From Octopus sinensis (Eukaryota), in the NCBI RefSeq assembly GCF_006345805.1, contig NC_043005.1, positions 93,868,001-93,932,000 on the forward strand: 64,000 nt of DNA, in the 5' to 3' direction. The position numbers were made by a program, and so were the translations under genes. Shown here piece after piece: positions 26,338-39,329 of this stretch. The stretch's first letter is position 1. Each line of letters begins with the position of its first letter. The notes below the pieces were generated by a model that did no database searches, was not told the origin of the DNA, and saw only the letters and a list, made by a program, of their open reading frames with translations.

Positions 26338-29257
26338 AAACGCACCTGAAACGGACATCAAAAGGACAGCAGATGCAGAATTACACATACCACAGTATGT
26401 TGTACTATGGACCGACAGAAAAGAAAGGAGTCATGAGGAGTGCTATGTACATCCGTGAGGACCTACACCCAGGTCCTTTTGTCATACTCAAACTCGGTGT
26501 GTGACACACTAATTGTACATATAGGCAAATTGAATGTAGTTGTGTGTGCTACATACGCCCTCCAGATGCCCCAAGCCATGTAGGCAAGTTTGAAGACTGC
26601 CTTATAAAAATAGAAGTTCTAAATCACATTAGAACAACACATACAGTGTACTTCTTATGGGAGACTCCAATCTACCCAATGTCAGATGGCCCCGAGGGCT
26701 TTCTCTCTCCAGGAATGACAAGATGTGAACGAGAAGAGGACAGGCGAGGTCCCACCTGAACTCATCAACATTCTGTACATGGGGCAAGTAATACTCCAAC
26801 CAAACAGGGCAGGTAACACACTGGATTCTGCTTCACAAATATGGATCTCATCCATAATGTGAAAGTGACACCGACACTACTCTCGGATCACAACATGGTA
26901 GAGGTGACCATGTACGGGCCAAAGGAAAGCATGGACATGCAGCCTACAAGAAACCCTCAGAATCTTTCCAGCTTGAACTTCCATAAGGCAAACTGGAAAC
27001 AAATTGGGAGAAAGAGATCCTCAAACAAAACTGGCCTGGATGTCTCTCCTCGCCAGACATCGACGTGAAACTTCAACAATTCATGTCTGTAATGCAAGCC
27101 ATATGCTACAAATGCGTCCCAGAGAGAAGGGCCACTGTACACAAGAACAAAATCCCCAGAGAGAGGAAAATTTTAATGAGAGGGCATACAAAAATTTCAA
27201 ATCACCTAAACAAATAAATTGAAAGCCGTGAAAAGTCCCGCCTGAAAATAAAACTGTTGGAAATTGAAAAATGTCTGCAACTCTCCCATGAAAAGGAAAG
27301 AGCAGACAAAGAAGCCTGGGCTATAGACAACATAAAATCTAACCCCAGAGCTTTCTACAGGTATGCCAAAGAAACAGCTATGGTGCACTGTAGGATAGGG
27401 CCACTCCTTGAAAAGGATGGCACACTCACAGGAAAACCAATGAGGGTAAGTGAAATACTGAATGAGCAATTCAAGAGTGTTTTCACTCCACCCCTTGGGC
27501 ATTTCCAAATCACCAATCCAACTGACTTCTTTACCACTGCAGATATAAAATCAGAGGCGGCGACGATAAATTACATCAATATAAAGGAAGACGATGTAAT
27601 AAAGGCTATAGATGAAATGAAATGACTCAGCTACTGGCCCCGATGGATTCCCGGCAATCCTCCTAAAAGTATGTAAGAGAGTCCTAGCAAGACCACTGCA
27701 GTTCCTCTTTCAGAGCTTCCTTGCAGCTGGCAAACTTCCAAGAAAACTGAAGGAAGGTAAAATATGCCCTATTCATAAAGGAGGTAGCAGAGTGGAGGCC
27801 AAGAACTATAGACCTATCTCTCTGACCTCACACATCAGCAAGGTCATGGAATGAATAGTCAGAAGGAAACTGATCACCTTCCTTGAAGAAAATGACTTGC
27901 TGCCCGACACCCAACATGGTTTCCGACCAGGGAGAAGCTGCTTAACTCAGCTCCTACAACACTATGACTGGGTGCTGAAACAACTGCTCAACCACTCAAA
28001 TGTGGAAGTGATATATCTCGACTTTGCAAAGCCCTTTGATAAAGTCGATCATGGAATGATATGTCACAAACTGCGTGATCTCAACATAGTTGGAAAACTG
28101 GGAGAATGGCTTCATGACTTTCTGAAAGATAGAAGTCAGGTGGTAGTAGCCAAATAGTGAGCGGTGTTCCGAAGGGCACTGTTTTGGGACCACTACTGTT
28201 CATAATGGCCTTCTCAGATATGCCCTCAGCCACGCAGAGAGCCACGATCACAAGTTATGCAGATGATACAAAAGTTTCACAGGCAATAAAGAACCCTGAG
28301 GACACTAAACGCCTGCAATGTGAGCTGGACAAAATATACAAGTGGGCTGGAAAGAATAGCATGCAGTTCAATGCTGAAAAGTTTCAAGCTTTATACTATC
28401 AGCATGCGAAACTAAATGCAATACCCAATGAATACACTGGACCCGGAGGAATTGCAATCCCAGAGGCAGAATCAGTGTGTGACCTGGGTATTTACATGAG
28501 TGATGACGCAACCTTTCGTGTACATGTTCTAAATTGGCAATGAAATGTAGACGACTGGCCGGATGGATTCTCAGAACCTTTAGAACAAGAGAACAAGAAA
28601 CAATGATGGTCCTCTGGAGGACACTTGTCCTAAACCACTTTGACTATTGCTCTCAGCTATGGTCACCATCCAGTGTCAAGTTGATCACAGAACTTGAGGC
28701 GATCCAACGTAGCTACACGAAGAAGATAGCCTCTATATAGAATATAAGCTACTGGGAAAGACTCAAGAGATTAAAACTCTATTCCTTGGAGCGTAGGCGA
28801 GGAAGATATGCCATAATATACATCTGGAAGATCTTGGAGGGACTTGTCTCAAACTTTGGCATTGAGAGTTACACAAATGCCAAAACTGGGCGCCACTGCG
28901 TGGTGCCTAGGACTCCAAATTTGCCATCAAGATGTAGGACAAGATACTGTGATAGCCTGGGCTTCCGAGGCCCACAGCTCTTCAATATCCTCCCGAAGAA
29001 CCTAAGAGACCTGCATGGGGTGGATGCAGATGTCTTTAAAATGAAAATGGATCTCTTCCTGTCAGATATCCCAGATGAACCAACTTCACGGCAGGAGGTG
29101 CAGATGAGGGCAGCTGCATCGAACTCTCTCATGCACCAAATGGCAGTTGCTAAAAAGCTTTTGTGAAGTAAAACCATGTAGCAACACCAAATGGCGGTGC
29201 CCCAGCATGGCCACAGCTCATGAGCTGAAACTAGAATCAATCAATAAATCCATCAAT
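26338..29257 (+). mobile_element. 5'-truncated CR1/L2-group LINE (APE-RT), copy A
   Basis: Collinear and highly similar to 34020-36956 (QHGFRPGRSCLTQLL, YLDFAKPFDKV, YADDTK); (AATC)n tail. Confidence 0.92.
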
Positions 29258-29258
29258 A

Positions 29259-29307
<49 letters not shown>

Positions 29308-29373
29308 TATATAGATATATAGATATATACATATATATACATATATATGTATATATATATATATATATATATA

Positions 29374-29767
29374 CTAGCAGTATCGCCCGGCGTTGCTCGG
29401 GTTTGTAAGGGAAATAATTATATAAGCATTTTTAGAGATGTAAAGTATAATAGCCATCTCAATATGGCTAACCACAAAGGGGGAGGGGTGTTACTGTAGC
29501 TTTTTACGTTCTGAGATTTAATAATAAATTTTAGAGAGTTACTTCCCTTATATATGTCAAAATGGATTAAAAATGGGAAAAATTGATGGTAAATTTTTTT
29601 TTAAATCGTAGACTCATCGTAGACGCGCGCTAATACCCAGACGGTCTCGATATGAATCACGACTATAAGATACCCGGTTTTGGTTAAACTGCACCGCAAA
29701 ATGTGGGAGTAGTTAGGAATCTAAATCGTAGGAGACAGACACACAACCTCACTTTTATATATAAAGA
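29374..29767 (-). mobile_element. non-autonomous Helitron
   Basis: A|TC 5' end, 3' hairpin cccgagcaacgccggg followed by CTAG|T. Shares both ends with 54818-55598. Confidence 0.8.
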
Positions 29768-29830
29768 TTTCCTCTATTTACATAATATTGAGGTCTCTTT
29801 CTTTCTTTTGTTATCTTACTGTTTTTACCA

Positions 29831-29882
<52 letters not shown>

Positions 29883-29960
29883 TATATATATATATAGTTA
29901 CAGAGATGTACTTGCATAGCGAGTGACTTGATCTGAGATCGTGTGCTGGAACGAAAACAG

Positions 29961-30219
29961 TTGCAGCGTTGAAGGTGTTTATAAGCCATTTAAGAAACAC
30001 ACAAAAACCGTTAGATTCACTTCAACATTTAAATTTAATTTGTCAAAATATTTTCGTCGCTTTGAGACCGCGACCTGTTAGCACGATATTTTTGTCAGTG
30101 AACAAGTCGCGGTCTCAAAGCAACGAAAATATTTTGGCAAATTAAATTTAAATGTTGAAGTGAATGTAACGGTTTTGTGTGTTTCTTAAATGGCTTACAA
30201 ACACCTTCCACGCTGCAAT
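29961..30219. repeat. about 118-bp-arm palindrome (inverted duplication, PLE pLTR-like)
   Basis: Arms 29961-30079 and 30101-30219 are reverse complements with few mismatches. Confidence 0.9.
30091..30141 (+). ncRNA. candidate variant (G3-C8) minimal hammerhead ribozyme
   Basis: TTTGTCA GTGAACA A GTCGC ggtctcaaa GCAAC GAA AATATT T TGGCAAA. Confidence 0.45.
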
Positions 30220-30236
30220 ATATATATACACACATA

Positions 30237-30267
<31 letters not shown>

Positions 30268-30592
30268 GTGTATATGTGTATGCATGTAGTGTGTGTGTGC
30301 GTGTCTGTGCTTGTGATTGTCCTCCACCACTGCTTGACAACGAATGTTGGTTTGTTTACATCCCTGTCACCTAGTGGTTTGACAAAGGAAACAGATAGAA
30401 TAAGTACAATGCTTACAAAAATAAAACTGGAGTTGATTCATTAAACTACAATTCTTCAAGGCATTGCCCCAGCATGGCCACAGACCAATGGCTGGAAAAA
30501 GCAGAAGAATAAAAGAATACATTCTCTGCTTTGGTCTTATGTTCAAGGCATGAGAAAGCTTGAGTTTACATGAGAAGGCCTAACAGACCTCG

Positions 30593-30850
30593 TAGAAACA
30601 GCAGCCAAATCTCCCTAAAATCACACCTTACTGTCTTATGTATGTATATATATATGAGCCAATGAGGGGGACCTCTACATGGTAGCTAGACCTGGTAGAA
30701 ATAGCAGCCAAATTTCCCCCAAATCACACCTTACTGTCTTATCTATGTATATATGTATGTATGAGCCTATGAGGGAGACCCCTACATGGCAGCTATACAT
30801 GGTAGAAATAGCAGCCAAATCTCCCTCAAATCACACCTTACTGTCTTATC
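30593..30850. repeat. about 105-bp unit tandem repeat, 2.5 copies
   Basis: gtagaaa(c/t)agcagccaaat..ccc..aaatcacaccttactgtcttat recurs three times. Confidence 0.8.
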
Positions 30851-31353
30851 TTTCTGCTACTTGGATATAGGTCTTATATTCGTCGTAAAAAACTTTCCTG
30901 TCACACACTCACGCACATGCACACACACACACACGCACCCTCACACACACACACACATGCGCACACACACACACTCACACACATGCACATTAGCTTACAA
31001 TTTTATTTATATATTTGCGTGTCTATGTGTGGAAAGAGGAAGTGGGAGGCAGAGTGAAAGAATCACTCACTACAGTAAGTGAATTACTTTCATTTTATTT
31101 GTTGCCCACTGTGTGTGTGCGTTTGCGTGTGGTGTAAACCAGACTAAGAAAAGCATTTGACACACACACGAGAATGTGAGTTTTCTGTAAATTTTGATTA
31201 ATTGGAGTTTAAATTTTAAAAACTGGACCTGGCATGACGCGATGCATTGTACTCTTAAAAATGCTAGGTAAATTGTAATTGAAGAAATCCTATATTGTAG
31301 ATTTGTATAACTCCCAAAGGGAGGCAGATAAAATCTGCCTTTTATAATAAGAG

Positions 31354-31354
<1 letters not shown>
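30850..31354 (-). mobile_element. Helitron-like 5' terminal fragment (second family)
   Basis: A|TCTCTTATTATAAAAGGCAG 5' end; homologous to 56730-57191. Confidence 0.55.
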
Positions 31355-31405
<51 letters not shown>

Positions 31406-31407
31406 GC

Positions 31408-31440
<33 letters not shown>

Positions 31441-31684
31441 CATATATATACATATATACATATATATACATATACATATATACACATATACATATATACA
31501 CATATATACATATACACATATATACATATATACATATATATACATATATACATATATACATATATATATATATATACATATATACACATATATACATATA
31601 TACATATATACACATATATACATATATACATACATATATATATACATATATACATATATACAATATACATATATATATATATAT

Positions 31685-32945
31685 CCGGTTTCAACAGAGA
31701 GAGACGTATTGCCTCTTCTCTGTGAAAAAGTTTGCATAGATCGGCGAAATAACCCACTGTAGTTGCAAAACGTAAAACTCTAAGTCATAGAGATCACTAC
31801 AACACTTTGGTTAAAAAATATTTAAAAAAATATATATATAAATATATACATATACACAGTAATTTTCATTTTCGCCGAAACGCACATGGTGCAAAAATAA
31901 CTGAATCAAGTTATCTCCTGCAAGAAAGAAAAAAGAAGCATCTCTCCTGAAAAAAATCCCGTAAACCAAAAAAAAACCCCAGACCACATTGTTGGATTAA
32001 GTATCACTTTCATCTATTTCATATTTTATTTATTATTCTATTTTATCCTTCACTCAGGCCCACATCTTAGTTAAAGTTGCGATCGTTATTTTGTTTGTTT
32101 ACATTTTCAATATCTGTTCTCGATATAATAATTTTTCAGATACTCTATCTTCTAATTAGCCTTAAGATTAAATTAAATTAAATAACGTTTAATATTGATA
32201 ACGTCTAATTAGCCTTAAGATTAAATTAAATAACGTTTAATATTGTTTAATATTGTTAATAATTATTGTTAATTAGCCTTAAGATTAAATTAAATAACGT
32301 TTAATATTGTTTTAATATTGTTAATAATTTTTCAGATACTCTATCTTCTAATTAGCCTTAAGATTAAATTAAATAACGTTTAATATTACCCACACTCTAA
32401 TATAATTTTGTTTATCTACATTTTCAATATCTGTTCTCGATATAATAATTTTTCAGATACTCTATCTTCTAATTAGCCTTAAGATTAAATTAAATAACGT
32501 TTAATATTAATAACGTCTAATTAGCCTTAGGATTAAATTAAATTAAATTAAATAACGTTTAATATTGTTTAATATTGTTAATAATTATTGTTAACTAGCC
32601 TTAAGATTAAATTAAATAACGTTTAATATTGTTTTAATATTGTTAATAATTCTTCAGATACTCTATCTTCTAATTAGCCTTAAGATTAAATTAAATAACG
32701 TTTAATATTACCCACACTCTAATATAATATTAACATTGCTAATATATTTTCAGATACTCTATCTCCTAATTAGCCTTAAGATTAAATAACGTTTTTACCC
32801 ACACTCTAATATAATATTAATATTGCTAATACATTTTCAGATACTCTATCCCCTAATTAGCCTTAAGATTAAATAACGTTTTTACCCACAAACTTTAATA
32901 TTGTTAATATTTCTTTTTCAAGTACTCTATCTTCTAATTAGCCTT
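31685..32945. repeat. left arm of a long inverted repeat, with an AT-rich tandem array at about 32100-32945
   Basis: Reverse complement of about 37880-38437; recurring unit ttcagatactctatcttctaattagccttaagattaaattaaataacgttt. Confidence 0.8.
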
Positions 32946-32949
32946 AATA

Positions 32950-35900
32950 TCTTCCTGTCTTCTCTCGAACATAATTAGATAGATAAACGGACAGACGGAT
33001 TATCCAGCATGTCCAGAGCATGGAGACGTGACGAGCTGGATTTATTCGTACGAGCATGGGAGTGCGCCGGCGGAGATAGCCCTAGCGAGGTGATTGCGGC
33101 TGCGCTGAAGAGCAGAGGCTACAAGAGGACAGCGGCTCAGATGGAGCGAAAGAGACGGGAATTCGTGCGCTCATATGCGCTTGTACGGTCGCACATTGGC
33201 GCACTTGATGCCATCTTTGAGAACGAGCGGGGCAAAGATGGCAAGAATGGAGACGATGAAAGAAGTCACCCCCACCTGGTGGACGCTCGGGAGGAGGTTT
33301 TGAATGAGAAACCTGCCCGGGAAGTGAACCCAGTGAACCCAGGTGCAAGTTCTCCAACCGGCAGCAAGGGCCATGGAGACGGAGAACCCGGTGAAGAGGT
33401 AGAGGGAGGAAGAAGAACTAAAAGAAGGACTGGAAGAGCTAAAGGAAAAGAAAAAGCTCAAGCAGGACCAAAGGGTGAAACAACCAGGAATAGAAGTGGA
33501 ACCGCAAAGGATGGAACCAAACAGCGCACACGGGTGTGTATGTTCTACCTGAGAGGTTCCTGCTGGCATGGAAAGGAAGGTGCAGGCTGCCGCTTTGCAC
33601 ATCGGGGACCCTCCACAGAGACACGAGGCAGATGGACAAACCATCAACACAAAGAAAAGGGATGGACCACGCACCACCTGCCCCAAAGCGGAGGTACGCA
33701 GATGTTGTGCGCGCCACAAACCGCCAACATGATGTTGTCGAAAGAGCAGCTGCTGAGCAACAGTCTTTTTTGTGCATGGCACAAAAGATTGTACAGCAGC
33801 TGACCTGGCTTCATCAAACCCAAGCCCGCAGGTGGGACTACCCACTATATACCAGACCACCACAGCAAACAGACACAGGATGGACACCGCCGGCAACAAC
33901 GTACACTTCACCTCGATGCTCCTACTGAACATCAGAGGACTGCAAACACTCATAACAGGACAAAGATCCCGTTCCTGAGAGACTTTGTTGCATGCAATCA
34001 GCCTTATGCATAGCACTTACAGAAACGCACCTGAAACCGGACATAGCAGATGCGGAGTTACACATACCACAGTATGCTGTACTACGGACCGACAGGAAAG
34101 AAAGGAGTCATGGAGGTGTTGCTATGTACATCCGGGAGGACCTCACACCCCAGGTCCTCTTGTCATACTCAAACTCGGTGTGTGACACACTAATTGTACA
34201 TATTAGGCAACTTGATGTAGTTGTGTCTGTTACATATCGCCCTCCAGATGCCCCAAGCCATGTGGGCAAGTTTGAAGACTGCCTTATAAAAATAGAAGAA
34301 GTTCTAACCACATTAGAACAACACATAGGTGTGCTTCTTATGGGAGACTTCAATCTGCCCAATGTCAGATGGCCCGAGGGCCTTTCTCTCCCAGGAATGA
34401 CAAGATGTGAACGAGGACAGGCGAGGTCCCTCCTGAACCTCATCAACACCTGTACATGGAGCAGGTAATACTCCAACAACCAGGGCAGGTAACACACTGG
34501 ATCTCTGCTTCACAAATGACATGGATCTCATCCATAATGTGAAAGTGACACCGACACTACTCTCGGATCACAACATGATAGAGCTGACCATGTACGGGCC
34601 AAAAGAGAGCACGGACATGCAGCCTACAAGAAACCCTCAAAATCTTTCCAGCTTGAACTACCATAAGGCAAACTGGAAACAAATTGAGAAAGAGATCCTC
34701 AAACAAAACTGGCCTAAATGTCTCTCCTCGCCAGACATCGACGTGAAACTTCAACAATTCATGTCTGTAATGCAAGCCATATGCTACAAATGTGTCCCAG
34801 AGAGAAAGCCACTGTACACAAGAACAAAATCCCCAGAGAGAGGAAAATTTTAATGAGACGGCGTACGAAATTTTCAAATCGCCTAAACAAACAGATTGAA
34901 AGCAGTGAAAAGTCCCGCCTAAAAATAAAACTGTTGAAATCGAAAAATGTCTGCAACTCTCCCATGAAAAAGAAAGAGCAGACAAAGAAGCCTGGGCTAT
35001 AGAAAACATAAAATCTAACCCCAGAGCTTTCTACAGGTATGCCAGAAACAGCTACAGTGCACTGTAGAATAGGGCCACTCCTCGAAAAGGATGGCACACT
35101 TACAGGAAAACCAATGAGGGTAAGTGAAATACTGAATGAGCAATTCAAGAGTGTTTTCACTCCACCCCTTGGGCATCTCCAAATCACCAATCCAACTGAC
35201 TTTTTTACCACTGCAGATATAAAATCAGAGGCGGCGACGATAGATTACATCGATATAAAGGAAGACGATGTAACCAAGGCTATAGATGAAATGAAAACAG
35301 ACTCAGCTACTGGCCCCGATGGATTCCCGGCAATCCTCCTAAAAGCATGTAAGAGAGTCCTAGCAAGACCACTGCAGTTCCTCTTTCAGAGCTTCCTTGC
35401 AGCTGGCAAACTTCCAGGAAAACTGAAGGAAGGTAAAATATGCCCCATTCATAAAGGAGGTAGCAGAGCGGAAGCCAAGAACTATAGACCTATCTCTCTG
35501 ACCTCACACATCAGCAAGGTCATGGAACGAAATCAGAAGGAAGCTGATCACCTTCCTTGAAGAGAATGACTTGCTGCCCGACACCCAACATGGTTTCCGA
35601 CCAGGGAGAAGCTGTTTAACTCAGCTCCTACAACACTATGACTGGGTGCTGAAACGGCTGCTCAACCACTCAAATGTGGAAGTGATATATCTCGACTTTG
35701 CAAAGCCCTTTGATAAAGTCGATCATGGAATGATATGTCACAAACTGCGTGATCTCAACATAGTTGGAAAACTGGGAGAATGGCTTCATGACTTTCTGGA
35801 GGATAGAAGTCAGGTGGTAGTAGCCAATGGGGCCACCTCCATTAACACACAAATAGTGAGCGGTGTTCCGCAGGGCACTGTTCTGGGACCACTACTGTTC

Positions 35901-36954
35901 ATAATGGCCCTCTCAGACATGCCCTCAGCCACGCAGAGAGCCACGATCACAAGTTATGCAGATGATACAAAAGTTTCACAGGCAATACAGAACCCTGAGG
36001 ACACTAAACACCTGCAATGTGAGCTGGACGAAATATACAAGTGGGCTGAAAAGAATAGCATGCAGTTCAATGCTGGAAAGTTTCAAGCTTTATACTATCA
36101 GCATGCAAAACTGAATGCAATACCCAATGAATACACTGGACCCGGAGGGATTGCAATCCCAGAGGCACAATCAGTGCGTGACCTGGGTATTCACATGAGT
36201 GATGACGCGACCTTTCATGTACATGTTGCTAAACTGACAATGAAATGCAGACGGCTGGCTGGATGGATTCTTAGAACCTTTAGAACAAGAGAACAAGAAC
36301 CATGATGGTCCTCTGGAAGACACTTGTCCTAAGTCACTTTGACTATTGCTCTCAGCTATGGTCACCATCCAGTGTCAAGTTGATCACAGAACTTGAGGCG
36401 ATCCAACGAAGCTACACGAAGAAGATAGCCTCTATGCAGAATGTAAGCTACTGGGAAAGACTCAAGAGATTAAAATTATATTCCCTGGAGCGTAGGCGGG
36501 AAAGATATGCCATAATATACATCTGGAAGATCCTGGAGGGAAGTGTCCTGAACTTTGGCATCGAGAGTTACGCAAATGCCAGAACTGGGCGCCACTGCGT
36601 GGTGCCTAGGACTCCAAACTTGCCATCAAGATGTAGGACAAGATTCTGTGATAGCCTGGGCTTCCGAGGCCCACAGCTCTTCAATATCCTCCCGAAGAAC
36701 CTGAGAGACCTGCATGGGGTGGATACAGATGTCTTTAAAATGGAGCTGGATCTCTTCCTGTCAGGTGTCCCAGATGAACCAACTTCACGGCAGGAGGGGC
36801 AGATGAGGGCAGCTGCATCGAACTCTCTCATGCACCAAATAGCAGTTGCTAGAAAGCCTCCATGAAGTGAAACCAAGTAGCAACACCAAATGGCGGTGCC
36901 CCAGCATGGCCACAGCTCATAAGCTGAAACTAGAATCAATCAATCAATCAATCA

Positions 36955-36956
<2 letters not shown>
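32950..36956 (+). mobile_element. near full-length CR1/L2-group LINE, copy B (ORF1 from 33009 to about 33928; ORF2 APE-RT, frameshifted)
   Basis: ORF1 with Myb/SANT-like and CCCH motifs; ORF2 LLLNIRGL, ALTETHL, MGDFN, SDHN, YLDFAK, QGTVLGP, YADD; (AATC)n tail. Confidence 0.93.
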
Positions 36957-36995
<39 letters not shown>

Positions 36996-37879
36996 CAAAA
37001 TTTAGGAACGACCATAGTAGAGAAAGAAAGTGAGAAGGGAAGTGACTGTGTATTTAGAGAGATTGAGAGCTGTGCGACTATATATTTATCTACCTATTTA
37101 AATCTGTCTAATTATATTTATTTATCTATTTAATTATATCTATCTATTATATCTAATTTATCTATCTAATTATATTTAAAATTTAATAGTGTGATGGAGG
37201 GTGGAGAAGACAGAGAAAGAAAGTGAGAAGGAAAGTAACTGTGTATTTAGAGAGATTGAGAGCTGTGCGACTATATATTTAGAGAAATTGAGAAGGTGAG
37301 AGAGGAAAAATTGTGACAGAGAGAAGTGGAGAAGTGAAGAGACAAGGAAAGATTGAACGGCTGAAAGAAGAGAGATGGTGTGATAGAGAGAAGTAAAGAG
37401 ACAGAGGGAGAAAGAGAAGAAAGAGAGGGGGTTACGAAGCTGCAATAAAAAAGAAGGATTAAGAAAATGAAAGATTAAGAAAATGAAAGATTAAGAAAAT
37501 GAAAGATTATTAAAGAGAGGAAAGAGAGGGGGTTACAAAGCTGCAATAAAAATGAAGGATTAAGAAAATGAAAGATTATTAAAGAGAGGAAAGAGAGGGG
37601 GTTACGAAACTGAGATAAAAATGAAAGATTAGGAAAAATGAGAGATTATTAACAGGAAAGCTGAAATAGGAAATAATAGATTCTGAAATAAAGACGAGAG
37701 ATGAGATAGAAATAGGAAATAATAGATTCTAAAATAAAGACTGAAAGATTATTAAAGTTTCTTAAAGTTCGCGTTTATGCATATATACGTATACATATAT
37801 ACATACACATGCACACACACACACATATATACACAAACGGAGAGAGAGAGAAGGTGGAAGAAAAGAAAGTGAGGAAAAT

Positions 37880-38437
37880 ATATTAAAATATATTAAAGTG
37901 TGGAAAAGAAGGGGTTATTTAATCCTAAAGCTAATTACAAGAAGATAGAGGTATGAAAAACGAGAGAACAGAGATTGAAAGAGAGTTATTCTCCGAATGT
38001 AAACAAAAAATGGCTTCGTAAATTTTAACGGAGATGCTAGCTTAAGTTAAGGGAAATAGAATAATAAATAAAATATGAAATAGAAGATGAAAGTGATACT
38101 TATCACAACGATGCAGTCTGAATTTTCGTGCTTTACGGAATTATTTTCCTTCACAGGAGAGATGTTTCTTTTTCTTTCTTACAGGAGATAAATTAATTTA
38201 ATGAGTTGCCACCATGTGCGTTTTCGGCGAAATGAAATTTACTGTATTACATTTGGCTTCAGGCAAAATATATTACGTTTTTGATTAATATATTTTTAAC
38301 CAATGTGTTGTAGTAGACTTTATGAGTTAAAGTTTTACGTTTTGTTACTTTCAGTAGATTATTTCGCCGATTTATGCAAACTTTTCTGTTTTTTTTACAG
38401 AGCAAAGGCAAAACACGTCTTTCTCTGCGAGAACCGG
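37880..38437. repeat. right arm of the long inverted repeat
   Basis: Matches 31685-32170 in reverse, including the near-identical block taagtatcactttcatc(tt)ctatttcatattttatttattattctattt. Confidence 0.8.
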
Positions 38438-38444
38438 AACTGTA

Positions 38445-39228
38445 TCATCATCATCATCATCGTTTAGCGTCCGTTTTCCATGCTAGCATGGGTTGGACGG
38501 TTCTACTGGAGTCTGTGAAGCCAGAAGGCTTCATCAGGCCCAGTCAAATCTGGCAGTGTTTCTACGGCTGGATGCCCTTCCTAACGCCAACCACTCCGTG
38601 AGTGTAGTGGGTGCTTTTTACGTGCCACCCGCACTGGTGCCAGACAGAGCTGGCAAACGGCCACGAACGGATGGTGCTTTTTATGTGCCACCGGCACGAG
38701 GGCCAGGCGAGGCTGGCAACGGACACGAAACGGGGAGGTGCTGGCAACGGTCGCGAAACGGAAAGTTCTCTTACATGCCACCGGCACTGGTAACACATCT
38801 GCAATTTCCATTGATCGATTTCGATTCTGATCCTCACTTGCCTCAACGGGTCTTCACAAGCAGAGTTTCGACATGCCACCGGCACTGGTAGCACATCCGC
38901 AATTTCCATTGATCGATTTCGATTCTGATCCTCACTTGCCTCAACACGTCTTCACAAGTAGAGTTTTGTGTCCCAAGAAGGAAGGTATGCATACGTAGGC
39001 TGGCTCCATCCCATGTAGAAGGCCACGGGTTATGGACTCACTTGTCCTGCCGGGTCTTCTCGCGCACAGCACACTTCCAGAGGTCTCGGTCTCTAGTCAT
39101 TTCCTCAGTGAGACCTAAAGTTCGAAGGTCGTGCTTCACCACCTCGTCCCAGGTTTTCCTGGGTCTGCCTCTTCCACAGGTTCCCTCAACCGCTAGGGTG
39201 TGGCACTTTTTCACACAACTATCTTCAT
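38445..39228 (-). mobile_element. young RTE LINE 3' fragment
   Basis: Reverse complement of 24160-24915, sharing a 98-bp internal duplication. Confidence 0.9.
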
Positions 39229-39329
39229 AAATATATATATGTATGTAGGTCCCGGGTTGAGTCGGGGTTAACCACAGTAAATAAGGTACTCAATACATAG
39301 CAGAGTAAAGTAATTTATTTTATAGAAGG

